Shown one piece after another: positions 24,588 to 38,069 of a DNA stretch of 64,000 bases. The notes under the pieces were generated by a model that saw only the letters and a list, made by a program, of their open reading frames with translations, searched no databases and was not told the DNA's origin. Location of the stretch: the NCBI GenBank assembly GCA_951804945.1, contig OX638162.1:24676001-24740000 (forward strand). Direction: 5' to 3'. Position numbers and translations under genes: made by a program. Origin of the DNA: Podarcis cretensis. Taxonomy: Eukaryota. Position 1 is the stretch's first letter. The number at the start of each line of letters is the position of its first letter.

Positions 24588-25090
24588 TGGACATATTGCA
24601 GCTCCTAGTTCTGAAAATGTACCCCATACATCTCCACACAAATAATTCTCTCCTCTAAGCAAATGCACACCAGGTTTATGGATGCTCTTGAGTGCTCCCA
24701 GTCCGACCATTATAAATAATGATGCTTCCATGCCCTCGGTCTTATACTTCGGAATTCACTAAACTAAGCTGACATATAGATTCTCAACACAAGTTCTTTG
24801 CAGCAAAAAATTCCTTCCATGGTGCATAGCCACTAAAGTGATGGAACGTGTCACAGTTCTGCACCAAATCGCACCCCTCCCCCCCAATTATCCTCACTTG
24901 ACCTTCTCCCCAGATTTTGGAATTCTGAATAATGTGATCTTGTTTCCAAAGCAGAGCTGGTGCATTAGGCAGGGGTGGCGAACTGGATCTGGCCAGATGG
25001 CAGGATACAGAAGAGACCTACCTTTTGCAAGCCACTTTGACAAGTGGGGAGGGCCACTTACCTGTCAGCCATCTGATGTTCAAGCCTCAG

Positions 25091-25394
25091 CCCAGTATAC
25101 CTGAAGGAGTATACTGGACAGCCTGGACACTGAGGTCCACCTCCGAGGGCCTTCTGGCGGTTCCCTCACTGCGAGAAGTGAGGTTACAGGGAACCAGGCA
25201 CCCGCCCTGTGGAACGCCCTCCCATCAGATGTCAAGGAAATAAACAACTATCTGACTTTTAGAAGACATATGAAGGCAGTTCTGTTTAGGGAAGTTTTGA
25301 ATGTTTGATGTTTTGTTGTGTTTTTAATATCCTGTTGGAAGCCGCCCAGAGTGGTTGGGGAGGCCTGGCCAGATGGGAGGGGTGTAAGTAATAA

Positions 25395-25439
<45 letters not shown>
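25091..25439 (+). mobile_element. L2 LINE 3' fragment with (TTA)n tail
   Basis: Near-match to 9123-9575 in the opposite orientation (EGLLAVPSLREVRLQGTR). Confidence 0.9.
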
Positions 25440-25440
<1 letters not shown>

Positions 25441-25787
25441 CTGCAAAGGAATGCTTTTCTTTTGCTTCCCCAGCTCTTTATTTGCATCCCTGGCTTGAAG
25501 ACACACTTGCAAAGGGCAATTTGAGCTAGGGATGCAACACAAGGCTCAGGAGTGCACTCCTTCTACCTTTGCAGCCAAAATCCAGTCCTTTTTGAATTTG
25601 GTGACTTTTTCTGTTGCTGTGCAGGGCAATATATAAAGGTACCACTTTTTATGCCCTGCAAAAGAGCATAGGAAGCTGACTCTTGCCAGGTCAGACCATT
25701 AGACCATCTAGTGCAGCTTACACTGACAGGCAGCACCTCTTGGCTCGCCAGGATTTCAGGCAGGATTCTCTCCCAGCCCCACCTGGA

Positions 25788-26126
25788 CATACCCTCCAAC
25801 ATTTCTCCAATGAAAATAGGGACGTCCCATTCCATAATAATAATTTTACTATTTACACCCCACACATCTTACTGGATTGCCCCAGCCACTCTGGGCAGCT
25901 TGCAACATATATAAAAACATAATAAAACATTAAAAAACAACCTTCCCTATACAGGATTGCCTTCAGATGGCTTGGGAGTCAACTAACTCCATAACCTCAA
26001 ACATTTCTCCAATTAAAATAGGGACGCCCTAACGAAAATTGGGACATTCTGGGAATTAATCAGAAACCGGGACGGCTTCTCTAAATCAGGGACCCCCCTG
26101 GAGAATAGGGACACATTGAGGGTCTG
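25788..26126. mobile_element. Composite CATACCC-ended MITE with 6-bp TSD, carrying an L2 3' tail; nested in a tRNA-Ala SINE
   Basis: cctgga|cataccctccaac...ttgagggtctg|cctgga; six GGGAC motifs; internal reversed L2 tail; duplicated 5' end at ~25990. Confidence 0.8.
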
Positions 26127-26627
26127 CCTGGAGATATCAGGGATTGAATCTGGGACCTTCTGCATGCAAAATGGATGCTGTATGACTGACACATTCCAGT
26201 CAGGCAAAAGCAGTGTGGAGCAGAGCTGATGAGTGTCACCTGGAGAGATGGGGTGTGGCCTGAGTCATGGGTGTGGTCTAAAGAGAGTCCCGAGGGCCAA
26301 ACAGAGAGCCCCGGAGGGCCGCATTCAGCCAGAGGGCCTGAGGATCTCTGGTTCTGCCAGCTCTTAATAATCATAGTGAGCTGTCCAGAACTGTCTGAGA
26401 ACAAAGCACTTGTAATGTGCACACCTGCCTTTCTTTCAGGATGTTAAAGGCCCATTGTGGAGCGGATAGGGGCAGGAAGAAGGAAAAGAATGGGGGCCAT
26501 ATCTGCAAAAGCCTGCGAGCAGATGAAATCTCAGTTCGATCTGTTATCTCCCGGCGCTCCAAAGGTCTTCCAGTGGGAGATTAAAGAGCAAGGTTACTGT
26601 GACAATTTGTTTACATGCAGGGAGAGA

Positions 26628-26767
26628 NNNNNNNNNNNNNNNNNNNNNNNNNNNNNNNNNNNNNNNNNNNNNNNNNNNNNNNNNNNNNNNNNNNNNNNNN
26701 NNNNNNNNNNNNNNNNNNNNNNNNNNNNNNNNNNNNNNNNNNNNNNNNNNNNNNNNNNNNNNNNNNN
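26628..26767. other. Assembly gap (140 N) between GA-rich ends
   Basis: Run of N. Confidence 1.
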
Positions 26768-26949
26768 GGGAGGGAGAGGAAGGAATTCGTGTTTCAGATG
26801 CCAATCTGTTAGCTATCGGATAACACTTTTGGATGACCCAAACACCACAGCATATGCACAAGAGGAAGGAGAACTTTTCTTTTGCTTTAAAATAAACAAT
26901 GAAGCTAGCTGGATATTAGTTTAAAAATGTCACTTGTTTCCTGTACGAA

Positions 26950-27290
26950 GGTGTGCAAGGTTTTGCACGGTGGACAGCAAGATGTCTTCTTTCATCATAC
27001 TAGAACTGAGGGCCTGAAGCTCATTGTTGGAAGATTCAAGACAGACAAAAGAACGGACTGCTTCAAACAACAGATACTTAAACTGTGGCCCCCCACTAGA
27101 GGTAGTGATGGCCACTGTAAGGTTATCAATGACTACTAGCTCCAATAGCTGTCCACAGGCAGTATGCCCCCAAATGCCAGTTGTGTCCATGTCCTGTTTG
27201 CAGGATTTCAATGGGCATCTGGTTGTCCACTGTAAGAACAGGATGCTAGAAGAGTTGGGCCTTTTGGCCTGATCCAGCAGGGCTCTCCTT
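26950..27290 (+). mobile_element. CR1 LINE 3' fragment
   Basis: KLIVGRFKTDKR...LKLW followed by the CR1 3'UTR. Confidence 0.8.
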
Positions 27291-27545
27291 GTATTATTAA
27301 GCTCAACTGCCTGAGAACTAGACTCAGAGGCAAGCCAGAGCTCAGTGGACAGATGGCCTGACTCAGAATAAGGCAGTTTCCTATGTTTTAAATCAGCCTT
27401 CCCCTTAGGTATTGTTGCGGTCCATAAGAACATAAGAAGAACACTTTTGGATCAGGTCAAAGGTCTATCTAGTCCAGCATCCTGCTCTCATGGTGGCCAG
27501 CCAGATGTTGGTGGGAAGTCTGCAAGCAGGACCTAAGTGTAATAG

Positions 27546-27672
27546 CAGGCATAGGCAAACTCGGCCCTTCATATGTTTTGGGACTACAACTCCCATCTAA
27601 CAGGACCAGTGGTCAGGGATGATGGGAGTTTTAGTCCCCAAACATCTGGAAGGCCGAGTTTGCCTATGCCTA
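27546..27672. mobile_element. Palindromic hAT-type MITE nested in a reversed CR1 tail (~27425-27790)
   Basis: caggcataggcaaactcggcc...ggccgagtttgcctatgcct long inverted repeat with gggactacaactcccat core. Confidence 0.8.
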
Positions 27673-28426
27673 CTGGTAGCATTCTTCCCACTGGCATTCA
27701 GAAGCATACTGCTTCCAACAGTGGTGATAGAACACAGCTATCCTGGCTAGTAGCCGCTGATAACTTTGCCTTTCATGGATTTGCCTAATCTTCTCTTCAT
27801 GCCACTCGAGTGCAGAACGGTTGCCTTCTTCCCCATGAACTTCCAAAAATAGATTTATCCTTCCTGCTTTGATTCACCTTTTTAGGAACTCTGTTCCATA
27901 GAAAGAATGCTGGGAAAAGTGTGGTGGTACTTTTGGAATATGGCAGGGCAGTGCAGAAATCTGCCCCCGATTTCTTGTAAGTTTTCTTTCCATGACAAAA
28001 AGGCTTCAATTTTTCTATCTCATTCAAAAGACACATTAGAATTTACATAGAATGTCTGTGGGCATGGGATTGTGAGCTGACTTTAGGAATATATGTCAAT
28101 TTTATATAATCTCAGAATCTCATTTCCCCCAATTAGTTTCAATTTGAATTTTTTTTAAGGCAGTCCCACATATCTAGGTAAAGATAGAGATAGATATTGA
28201 TATAGAGTTACTTTTTTTACAAGAATGTTTAGAAAGATCATAGCGAGGTACAATAAAATAATTAAAACCTTATAAAATCATAAAATTCAGAACAAGTGAC
28301 CAACAATTAAGCGATATATGACTTACAATAATTAAAAATACAAGGGTACAAAGATAGATTGTTAGAGTGATAGATCAATTTATAGATTGATGCTTCTAAT
28401 GCCCATGCACCACTCAGAATGGAAGC

Positions 28427-28475
<49 letters not shown>

Positions 28476-29419
28476 TCCCTCTCTCTCCTTCCATTTCACT
28501 CTTTCCCAAAGAAACAGCTGCACCATCAACCTAGAGTGTCATTAGAATCTGGACCAAGAGTCCCTTTGAGAACCCCCCCCCAAAAAAAAAAAAAAAATCT
28601 GCAGGAAGGAAGTTGCCCAGCAGGGAGCCAGGTGGATGGCAAACATGTGCTTTTCAATTACAAATGACTCAAGGGAAAAAGTTGTTGTTGTTTATTTTTT
28701 TTAAAGAAGAGTCATCCTGGCTGTTTTGACCAGATTAAGACCCAATGCAATGCCCCTTGGTCAGCTCCAAGCCCAATGTAAGTCCCACAAATCTATCCCG
28801 TTCTCCACTCCCCCCATTTATTTTTGTTTACAAACATGTTTACAAGTACTTGATAGGTGACCTTATTTACTTAGCAACCTGTGGATTCATTTATCTTGAA
28901 ATTAGTAGGTAATGAACTGGAAAGCTCCAACAACCCTCCCACTAATTAACATGATAATGGGATTGTTTTGCTACAGAGGTACAATTAGCATGGAGGAGCT
29001 AGAGGAAGAGAGGGAGGGAAAATCAATAATGTGTCTGAAGGGTACTGCCAATCCCATGACTAGAAGGGAACCAAAGGGGAGACCTCTGTGGTGGGGAGAG
29101 AAATGTGGGGGGGGGGGAGGTAAGAGCCGCCCATAATGATATTTTGTAGGTGGCAGGAGAGTGAGTTTACAAACCCCCAGTTCAAATCTTGTCTCAACCA
29201 GGAACTTATGAGAAAATATCGAAAACTGTGCTTAGAATTTGTGTGCTGCATTCACAACACTCCACAAGCAGGATCCTGCCATCACAGGCCAGATCTGAAC
29301 CATGATAACTTTTTAAGTGGCCACCTGTCAGATTATTTATCAATGGTGGGGAAAAAATGATGTGCATACTATTTGCTAGTCATCCCCATCTGAGTGTTGG
29401 AATTTGTGCAGAGGAGGGT

Positions 29420-29789
29420 GACTAAAATGATGAAGAGTCTGGAAACCAAGCCTTATGAGGAACAGTAGAAAGCGTTGGGTCTCCTTAGCCTGGAGAAGAG
29501 AAGACTGAGATGTGCTATGATAGCCATATTTAAATATCTGAAGGGTTGTCCCATGGAAGATGGAGCAAGCTTGTTTTTTGCATCTTCCTAAGGAGAAGAC
29601 CTGAACCAATGGATTCAAATTGCAAGAAAGAACTTTCGAGTTGTTCAGCTGCAGAGCAGGCCACCTCAGAAGGTGATAGATGGACTTTCATTGGAGGTTT
29701 TTAAGCAGAGGTTGGATGGACACCTATCAGGAATTCTTTAACTGTAATCCCTGCCTTGCAGGGGGTTGGACAAGAGGCATTTTGGTGTA
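29420..29789 (+). mobile_element. CR1 LINE 3' fragment (second subfamily)
   Basis: SLEKRRLR..IAIFKYLKG motif; ttccaattctacaattc tail resumes after the LTR insertion. Confidence 0.8.
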
Positions 29790-29794
29790 CCTTC

Positions 29795-30075
29795 TGTTAA
29801 GTTGTGGGTGAACATATCAGACGACACAGCGATTCTTCAAACAGCTCTTGTTTATTCACAGGCCAGAACAGAACTGAACTGAACTGAAGAGTTCAGCCGG
29901 CCTGCTTATATAGAGCTCCAGTACAACACAACTGTAACAACTTTCTGTAACTATCCAATCCCTGAACGTCACTTTCAATCCCTTATTTGCATATGTGGAC
30001 CTGAGTGAAAACTATCTACAGTATCCCCCTGCTGGCCCAGGGTGAGAACTTCCAATTCTACAATTCAACATAACA
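29795..30075 (-). mobile_element. Solo LTR
   Basis: tgtta...taaca termini, 5-bp TSD ccttc, TATATAA and AATAAA on the minus strand. Confidence 0.8.
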
Positions 30076-31736
30076 CCTTCCAATTCTACAATTCAATGGT
30101 TTTACTCCTAAACAGCACTGCAGTGGGGATGAAAATACAGATTTCATTGCTCTTCATATAGATTAGTGCAGAGAGGGCTTGATTTTCCTCCCTATTCTGT
30201 CTGCTCAGCCCAGTGTGGCAATGAGGAGGAAAATATTTGGATAGGTTGGTTGCAAAGGGAGGCTGTGTGTGTATCTTTCCCCTAAAGATGTTCCCACTTG
30301 CAGCCCAAAGTGGTACCGGTATGATGTTTTGCCTCATTGGGACAAGGCCACCTCATTTTTCCATATGTGCCAATTCAGCTCGATCTGGTTTGAAACCAAG
30401 AGGCAGTGTACAGAATGCCTAAAGCTGGGATATTGGTGCTCTACTTCCTCACCCATAAGAAGAAACCAGGAGACAGAATTCACAGCGCATGAGTCTTGGG
30501 TTTTAATTTGGTCAAATGCAGCCATTGACTGTGTTGGTGCAATCGCAGGGCAGAGGGCTGTGAACAAGCCCTGTGTTCCAGCTGAGCAGTCATTTCATTA
30601 CAGGTCCTGCCACCTTTGCAGGCAGGGATCAGTGCCTAGTGTGGGAAAATAAATGTGGGAAGAGCTTCAAGCTTGGGAAGAAGAAAAAGGGGGAAGGAGG
30701 GAGGGAAGGAATCTCTGTCATTATCAATGGGCACCAACCCCAGGGGGGAATCATGATATATGCTTTAACTCTCTCACCCCCTTCTGCCCAGCATACACCT
30801 GGTCTGCTCATACTTTCTTGAGAGTGTCTTTTGTTTATTGTTGCATAGGGGAGTTAGTTCTTTCAAATGAAGGAAATGCTTCTAGGTTCCATTGCACCAT
30901 TCCACCCTCCTTCCTGGTTTGCTGTTCAGTAATGGGGGAAACCAGCACTTTGTTAAAAACTCTCCTTGCCTTCTTTGCTGGGAAATTTGTGCGCCCCAGT
31001 TGTCTTTCCCAGTTGCTTCTAGAGGTGGTGGGGGATAGGCAGAAGGTAAGTGAATGATGCAAGAGAATTTCCTGATACACCTATCTTCAGGATTACTTCT
31101 GGTCAGTCTGTGCAACTCTGAAGGGCAATTATAGAGCTATGTTTAAATCCGTCAGTTTTAGTATTGCAGACACAGATTTATATAGACAATCTCAGTTTCT
31201 CACTTTTCCAATCTTAAATTCAGTTTGACCCATTTCTGCATAGATGTGCATTTTTAAAAATGAAATCTGCATGGAAATTTGTATACATTGTTGTGCACGT
31301 CCTAACAGACACATTTTTTCTTGCAATCTCATGTAGTATATGCATTTTTGCAAGCAATTCTCTAATATTATGCATTTTAAACATTTTTTTCACCAGTGTA
31401 CACATTTCTGCATGTTAACTACATCATTTAGTTCAGAGAAGGACAGATTGCTAATGAGAGCAGTGTTTGAGATCCTATGTTGATTTGGAAGGTGTGCAGT
31501 TAGTTGGTTTGTATTAAGATGCAAGCTGAATGAATTCATCCCCCACTCCTAGAAACTCAGGTTGCAGCTGTCTCTCAGAACAATTTTTTTACCAGCTTCA
31601 GCTGGTTTGCCAGCTGCACTCTCCCCTGGAAAATGGGGACCTTGCAATTTGAGGTATGTAGTGTGCTTCTCTGTGGGGCTGCTATTGAATACAGTTCAGA
31701 AACTGCATCTGATCTATAATACAGCAATGAGCTGAG

Positions 31737-31978
31737 GCACATGGGTAGGAAAACTAAGGCCCGGGGGCCGGATCTGGCCCAATTGCCTTCTAAATCTGGC
31801 CCGTGGACGGTCTGGGAATCAGCGTGTTTTTACATGAGTAGAATGTGTGCTTTTATTTAAAATGCATCTCTGGGTTATTTGTGGGGCATAGGAAAATTTG
31901 TTCATTATTTTTTCAAAATATAGTCCGGCCCCCCACAAGGTCTGAGGGACAGTGGACCGGCCCCCTGCTGAAAAAAAA
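31737..31978. mobile_element. hAT-Charlie-like MITE, degenerate
   Basis: aaactaaggcccgggggccggatctggccc...gaccggccccctgctgaaaaa pattern. Confidence 0.6.
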
Positions 31979-33425
31979 TGTCATGGGAACATAGAAAGCA
32001 GCTTATAATGAATCAGACCATTGGTCCATCTAGCTCAGTATCATCTACATTGACTGGCAGTAGCCCATCATGGAGATACCGGCAATTGAACCTAAAACTT
32101 TCTGCCTGCAAAGCAGATGCTCTTATCACTGCGCCACAGTTCTTCCTTGTTAATGATGTCTTCTCAGATCATATTATATCAGGGCAAAGAGTACCTTGGG
32201 GAAAGGTCATAATTTTGCATGGAAACGACTCCAGGGCAGGTTCAGAGTCCCGTTCATCTTCAGATTGGGCTGGAGAAAATCCTCCCCTGAAACCCCAGAA
32301 AGCTGATACTGAGCTAGATGATCTGACTTGGAATAAGGCAGCTTCCAATGTACACCTGGATGCTGGTTAGCCTGTGGGTTAAGTTTTGGTGTTGACCCAA
32401 GCCTTAAATGGATCAAAGTATCCCAGAGAATGCCAGCTCATTAAATTTCAGGTAGGGCTTAGCTCCAGGGGCTATATTTGTTAGAATGATGTCCACTAGG
32501 GAAAAATTCCTCCTTTCCTTGGTATTTTCCTTGTGGGATGCTATCCCTGAGGGAAAATCAACAGGACTAGCTGCTTCGTGCTTTTTGTTTGTTTTAAACA
32601 ACTATTTCCCCTGTTAGCCAGACCTTTGGGACACAGCATCTTTGCAGCCGCTTGTTTCCAAAGGATAGTAGAAAGAATCCATAATTAACCAAAGTGGGTC
32701 AAAGAAGTTTCGACTCCTGTAGAGGCTGGTTTCTTCTAAAAATATTTTAATTTTCAAAGCCTACCCACCTGTCTTGAGCTAGGAATAAATACCTCCAAAG
32801 GGTACAGCAGAGCAGATCCGTAGAGTATTTTGGAGTGAGCAATCTTCATATGGCCTAGATTTGTATCTTCCTTGAGAATATCTATAATTTTAGATCTGCT
32901 CTGTTGCTGCAAATCCCCCCACCATTAACCAAGCTTTCCTTTTCAGTCCTGCTCTGTAGAACTTGTCATGGAATGCTGCCTTATTCAAAATCAAAGCAAG
33001 TCTCCGTCTTTGTCAGTGCTGACAGCTAGCAACTCAAAAGGGTTTAATATAGGGCATTCCCCAGACCTACCTGGGGGCATTGTGGATTGAACCCAAGGCC
33101 TTCCTAATACAAAATGTGTGCTCCATCACTGAGCTATGGCCATTTCATAAGCTGCCTTAGGTTGTGAGGTAGGGCAGTGCACCAGATCTGGCAGAATCCC
33201 AAACCAAATTGGCCCAATTTGGGCCAATGCAGGTTTTGGCCAAATTGGGTTGAGACACCCATGACTCACCCCATGTCAGGTTGGATGACCTGGTGGAAGC
33301 TGGGGTTGTTAAAAGGCAGAATGGTCAGGTGTTGGGGAGGGAGAAGGAGTGGGCATGCAGTCTTACTAGAAAGTAAACCCCTTTAACGTACTGGGGCTTC
33401 CTTTCAGCAGCCCTGCCTAGGGAAG

Positions 33426-33826
33426 CCTTATTGTTTTTATATATGTTGAAAGCTGCCCAGAGTGGTTGTAGTTTCCAGGTCACCTTCAAAGGTAGTCCCA
33501 TGTAGATTGCATTGCAGTAGTCCAAGCTGGAGATAACCAGAGCATGCACCACTCTGGCTAGACAGCCCATGGGCAGGTAGCCTGCGTATCAGATGAAGCT
33601 GGTCACTGCCCTGGACACATAATTGACCTGTGCCTTCCTGAACAGCTGTGAGTCCAAAATGACTCCCTGGCTGCACACCTGGTCTGTCAGGGGCACAGTT
33701 ACCCCATTCAGGACCAGGGAGTCCCCCCACACCTGCCCACCCCCTGTCCCCCCAAAACAGTACTTCTGTCTTGTCAGGTTTCAACCTCAATCTGTTAGCC
33801 GCCATCCATCCTTCAACTGGCTCCAG
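33426..33826 (-). mobile_element. L2 LINE fragment, internally deleted
   Basis: ORF pieces MAANRLRLKPDKTEVL and VVHALVISSLDYCNAIYMGLPLK are L2 ORF2. Confidence 0.9.
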
Positions 33827-35039
33827 ACACCAATTGCTCTTCCTAGGAAACTCTAGGAACTGTAGCTCGGGGGGGGGGGGGGACGTAGGGGTCTCCTAAC
33901 AGCTCTCAGCACCCACAACAAACCACAGTTCCCAGAATTCTTTGAGGGAAAGCTTGACTGCTTAAAGTGGTATCATGGTGCATTAGCAGTGATAACACTA
34001 AAGAACTAAATGGAACACCCATAGCCAGGAGAAGTCTTTCTTTAAAATCAGGTGCTGTGGCCAAGCAAGAGAAGGAGTCTGCTACCTCCATACCCTTCCA
34101 ACTATCCAGTGTTGGGGGCAAAATAAACCAGGCTACGTTGATGCTTGGCCTGATGCTGCCAAGGTTTTTTATGCAGAAAAGCAACTTCAGAGGGATCTTG
34201 AGTGGGGATGGATAACATGTAGCCATCTAAGAGGTTCTCGGTCCACAACTCCCATAATCCCTGACCATTGAACATAGGCAGGGGTTGATGGGAGCTGGAG
34301 ATCAACATCTGGAGGGCTACAGGTTCCCGACCTCTCTTCTAGAGAACACTGCTTTTTGTTATATAGACTAATGTGAATTATACAAGTCTGTTCGAGTGTC
34401 GGCAACATCCCAATGACCCCTTTTTAATGGGTGAAATTCCTGATTTGTTTTTGTTCTATTTATGTGCTTTATTTTAATTAAACGTACCTCAACAGCAGTT
34501 CTCCAGGTGAGAATCATTCTTCCTAATAACAAACAACTTGCATATTAACGGTGCTTGAAATAAATCTTTGCCTTGACTAGTTGGGTGCAGGGAATGGGGC
34601 GGGGAAGGAAATTGCCATGATTTGTTGATGCTTTTTGCCTGTCACTAAGCTTGGAATAAATATAAATAAGTAGAATTGCATTTAAAATATCTATCACATC
34701 ACAATATGGACTGTGGCAATGAGTGAGCTGTAATAGGAGAATATACTTTAAATGTGTCATAATCATTCAGACACCAGGAACTCATAAGCCTCTGGTCCAA
34801 GAGCCAGGCAATAAATCACAGGGCTTTTTTCTTTTCTTTTCTTCTTCCTCCCTTCCTATCCTTCCCTTTCCCTCAAAGTCACATGTCTCTTTTCCCACGT
34901 GGACTTTGGGAACTGCAGTTTAAGGAATGCCTGCTGCAAAAATGGCTCCAGAGTTCAATTTTACACCTTGCAGGACGATGAATGCTGAAAGATTCGGGAC
35001 AGATAATGTCCTCTTTTTTTATTACATAGTGCATAGTTA

Positions 35040-36010
35040 CACTTCCACAAGAGACAGAGATGGCTTCCAACTTGGATAGTTTTAAAAGAGGGGTGGATAA
35101 ATTCATGGAGAATAAGGTTATCCATGGTTGCTAGCCATGATGGGTATGTTCTGCCTGCGTGGTGCATGATCCCCAAGACAGTGATGCTCCTGGGTGTCAG
35201 CTCCTGGAAGCCACAGTTGGGAGACTGCTCTTGTGCTTGGGTCCAGCTTGCCAATTTACCATGGGCATGTGGGTGGCCACTGTGAGAACAGGAGACTCAA
35301 TGATCCCCAAAAATTCAAGAGAGATATTCTTGTATGCAAATGTAGCGGCTCGAATACGAGTTGCCAAGGGATGGAAAGATCAGGAGGCTCCAAAAATAAC
35401 AGACTGGCAAATTAAATTACAGGAATTTGTGGAGATGGCTCAATTGACTAGCAAACTCAGAGGTAACTCAAAGCAAAAATTTGAAGAAAAATGGGATGGT
35501 TATAAAAGATATGTTCAAATATACAATAATAGTTTTGACTCCGTGCTAGCGTTCGAATGACAAAGGAAGTAAAAGGAGGTGGAAAACAATTAAGGATTTA
35601 TTATGTTTTCTGAATGTATTGGAAAATCTATATAGAAAGGTTTATTGTTTTGTGTACATTCAATTGTAAGATAAAATATATGCGAAGGGACTTGACAGGA
35701 AGTCAAAATTGAAGAAACGATTTTGTAAAATTTTCATTATTATCGCTATTTTTTATTTTTATTTTTTGTGTTTGTGTGGGTGTATGTTTTGTATGGAATG
35801 TTTGGGAGGAAATAAGATGGTAAATAACATAACAAACAAAATATTGATGTATGTAATTTTTAAATTATATTTTGTGGGTAGTATGGTTGTAATGTTTTTT
35901 GTAACATAAAATCATTCAATAAAAATTATTTTATTTTTTTTAAAAAAGAGAGAACAGGGGACTCAGTGGACCACTGGGCTGATCCAGCAGGCTGTTTGCA
36001 TCTTCTTATG
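35040..36010 (+). mobile_element. CR1 3' fragment interrupted by an L1 3' fragment
   Basis: ttttaaaagaggggtggataaattcatgg...ggccactgtgagaacagg, resuming at 35950. Confidence 0.75.
35303..35949 (+). mobile_element. 5'-truncated L1-clade LINE
   Basis: FLYANVAARIRVAKGWK...DWQIKL is homologous to the 11964 ORF C-terminus; AATAAA and A tail; 19-bp TSD gagaacagg(a/g)gactca(a/g)tg. Confidence 0.85.
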
Positions 36011-37454
36011 TGAACTCCCCCACCCCAAAATGCAGAGCTTCCATCTACCCGCTAACATTTCACTGATGAAAATAAGGACCTGCTTAAAAAATGCCTACCT
36101 TTATTAACAATGATTGCTGCCTAGGAATGGAGGAGAAATTTGTTTCAGTTCATGTTTAGAGGTGAGCCCTACCTACTTTGCAGTTTCTGAAAACAATCTG
36201 TAAACCCAAACATAGTCCTCTTTTGGAATTCAGATATTTTCAAATTCTCCAAACAAATAATTTGTAAATAGAGGCAGACACACACGTAAAGTGCACATAA
36301 AATGCACATATTAATGAATGTAATAAACAAAATGCATTATTCCAGGAGAAATTGTATCAGGAAAAATTGCATGCAAACCTGTGCATATTAACAGAAATTC
36401 ACACTAAAATGCTGGTGAATTTTCAGGAGGATTTTTTATTTTATTGGAAATAGTTTAATTGGACATCTGGAGAGCACATATTAACTTACATGTTTGATTG
36501 TCACTTTATTTGCAGTGTGAACTGATGGCGGTCAGCTGTTACTATTTGTATTGGTTTTTCCTCTTCTTCTTCTCTCTGTCTCCTTTAATTCGTTTTCTTC
36601 CATTTCTTGTTAAATTTGCAAATATAAAATCAATAATGATTGGAAATAACATGCAAGCATGCATTATATTTGGGAATATTGCTTTGCAAAAAAAAGTATA
36701 TATCTGGCAAAATTACGTACAAATATTTGTACAGCAGGAGAAATTTGCATTAAAATGCTGATGAATTTCCATGAGGGTGCCAAGCAGGTCTGGTGAGGGG
36801 GTGTGGCTTGTGGAGAGAGGTGTGGCCTGTGGAGAGAGGTGTGGTTGAGAAGGAAGTATAACTTGGAGAGAGTCCCAAGCGGACAGATAGAGAGGACTGG
36901 AGTAGGACTGAATATGGCCCCCAGGTCTAAGGCTGTCTATCCCAGTGGCATAGCATGGGTTGCCAGAGTCCAGAGCCTTGCAGAGGGGTGGGTGGGTGGG
37001 AGGGAGGGAAACGGACAGAGTATGCATGCACATTCAACTGCTTAATGACGTCTACACCACACAAGAGACAGCAGCCACGGATATATGAAAATAAGAGTTG
37101 TTTGGGGAGGTCACTTCCTGGTTTGCATAGAGAAGCCCAGCAACAGAGCCCAGCAATGGAAGTGTGCAGCTGTATGGAGGCAGCACTGGGTGTTGAAATT
37201 TTGCACCCCCTAAAATTTTCGCGCCCCTAAAATTTTTGCACCCGTGTCAGCTGCCCCTGTGCTATACCACTGGCCCATCCCTGACTTAAGGTAAGGATTT
37301 GTTACCATGATACACTAAGCAGGTGTTCCATTGACTTCACTGGGGACTCCTAATGAGTCAGCAGTTGAGGGCCTGCCAAAAATGCTAGGATGAAATGGAT
37401 TGCACAATGCAGCAAATGTGTCGCTCAGCAACACACACACACACACAAAGGGCT

Positions 37455-38038
37455 AGGAGTAAAATTCCAATTGAGGGTCTCGGTGCCATCATCAACCCTC
37501 TGGAGATTCACTCGGCTGATTTACGGCATCTCCAGCAACCTTCAGCGGGATCGTTTCTGCCGAAAACCCTGTCGCCAGGCGCAATAAATAAATGTGTTTA
37601 ATATACATACACTTGCTTATGTTTGTTTCCATACATATTAAACAAGATTAGACAACCCTCTTGGGAGTTACCCTCCTTGGGTTTCAAGGAGCTTGAACTT
37701 GGCGATCTGCGAAGCCTCTCGATCTATAATTCGATATGAATTGTCGCATATGCTGGGTATATAATTATACACATACCAAAATGAAAGCCGCATGCATCAT
37801 TAAGCCACGGAATTGAAGTATTATCATCTTATCGGCATAACAAAGCTAAGATTTACTGGCTCCTTTAGGGGACCAACAGCAGATCTTCCACAAATCATGC
37901 CTCTTAGCCCTCAAGTTGATAAACTTTTGGTGCTTTTGACAGGTAAAGTCTACTTCAGCCCTCTTCATCCTGACAAAAAGGACGTAACAAATGGATTTCC
38001 AGTCACCCGCCAAATGTAGTTAGATGACAGATATATAC

Positions 38039-38069
<31 letters not shown>

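Noticed and set aside
33270-33305. SGWMTWWK as a possible FLOT2 exon 2 (GGWAWAWW)
   Set aside because: No upstream GCCG motif, spacing differs, no matching splice sites
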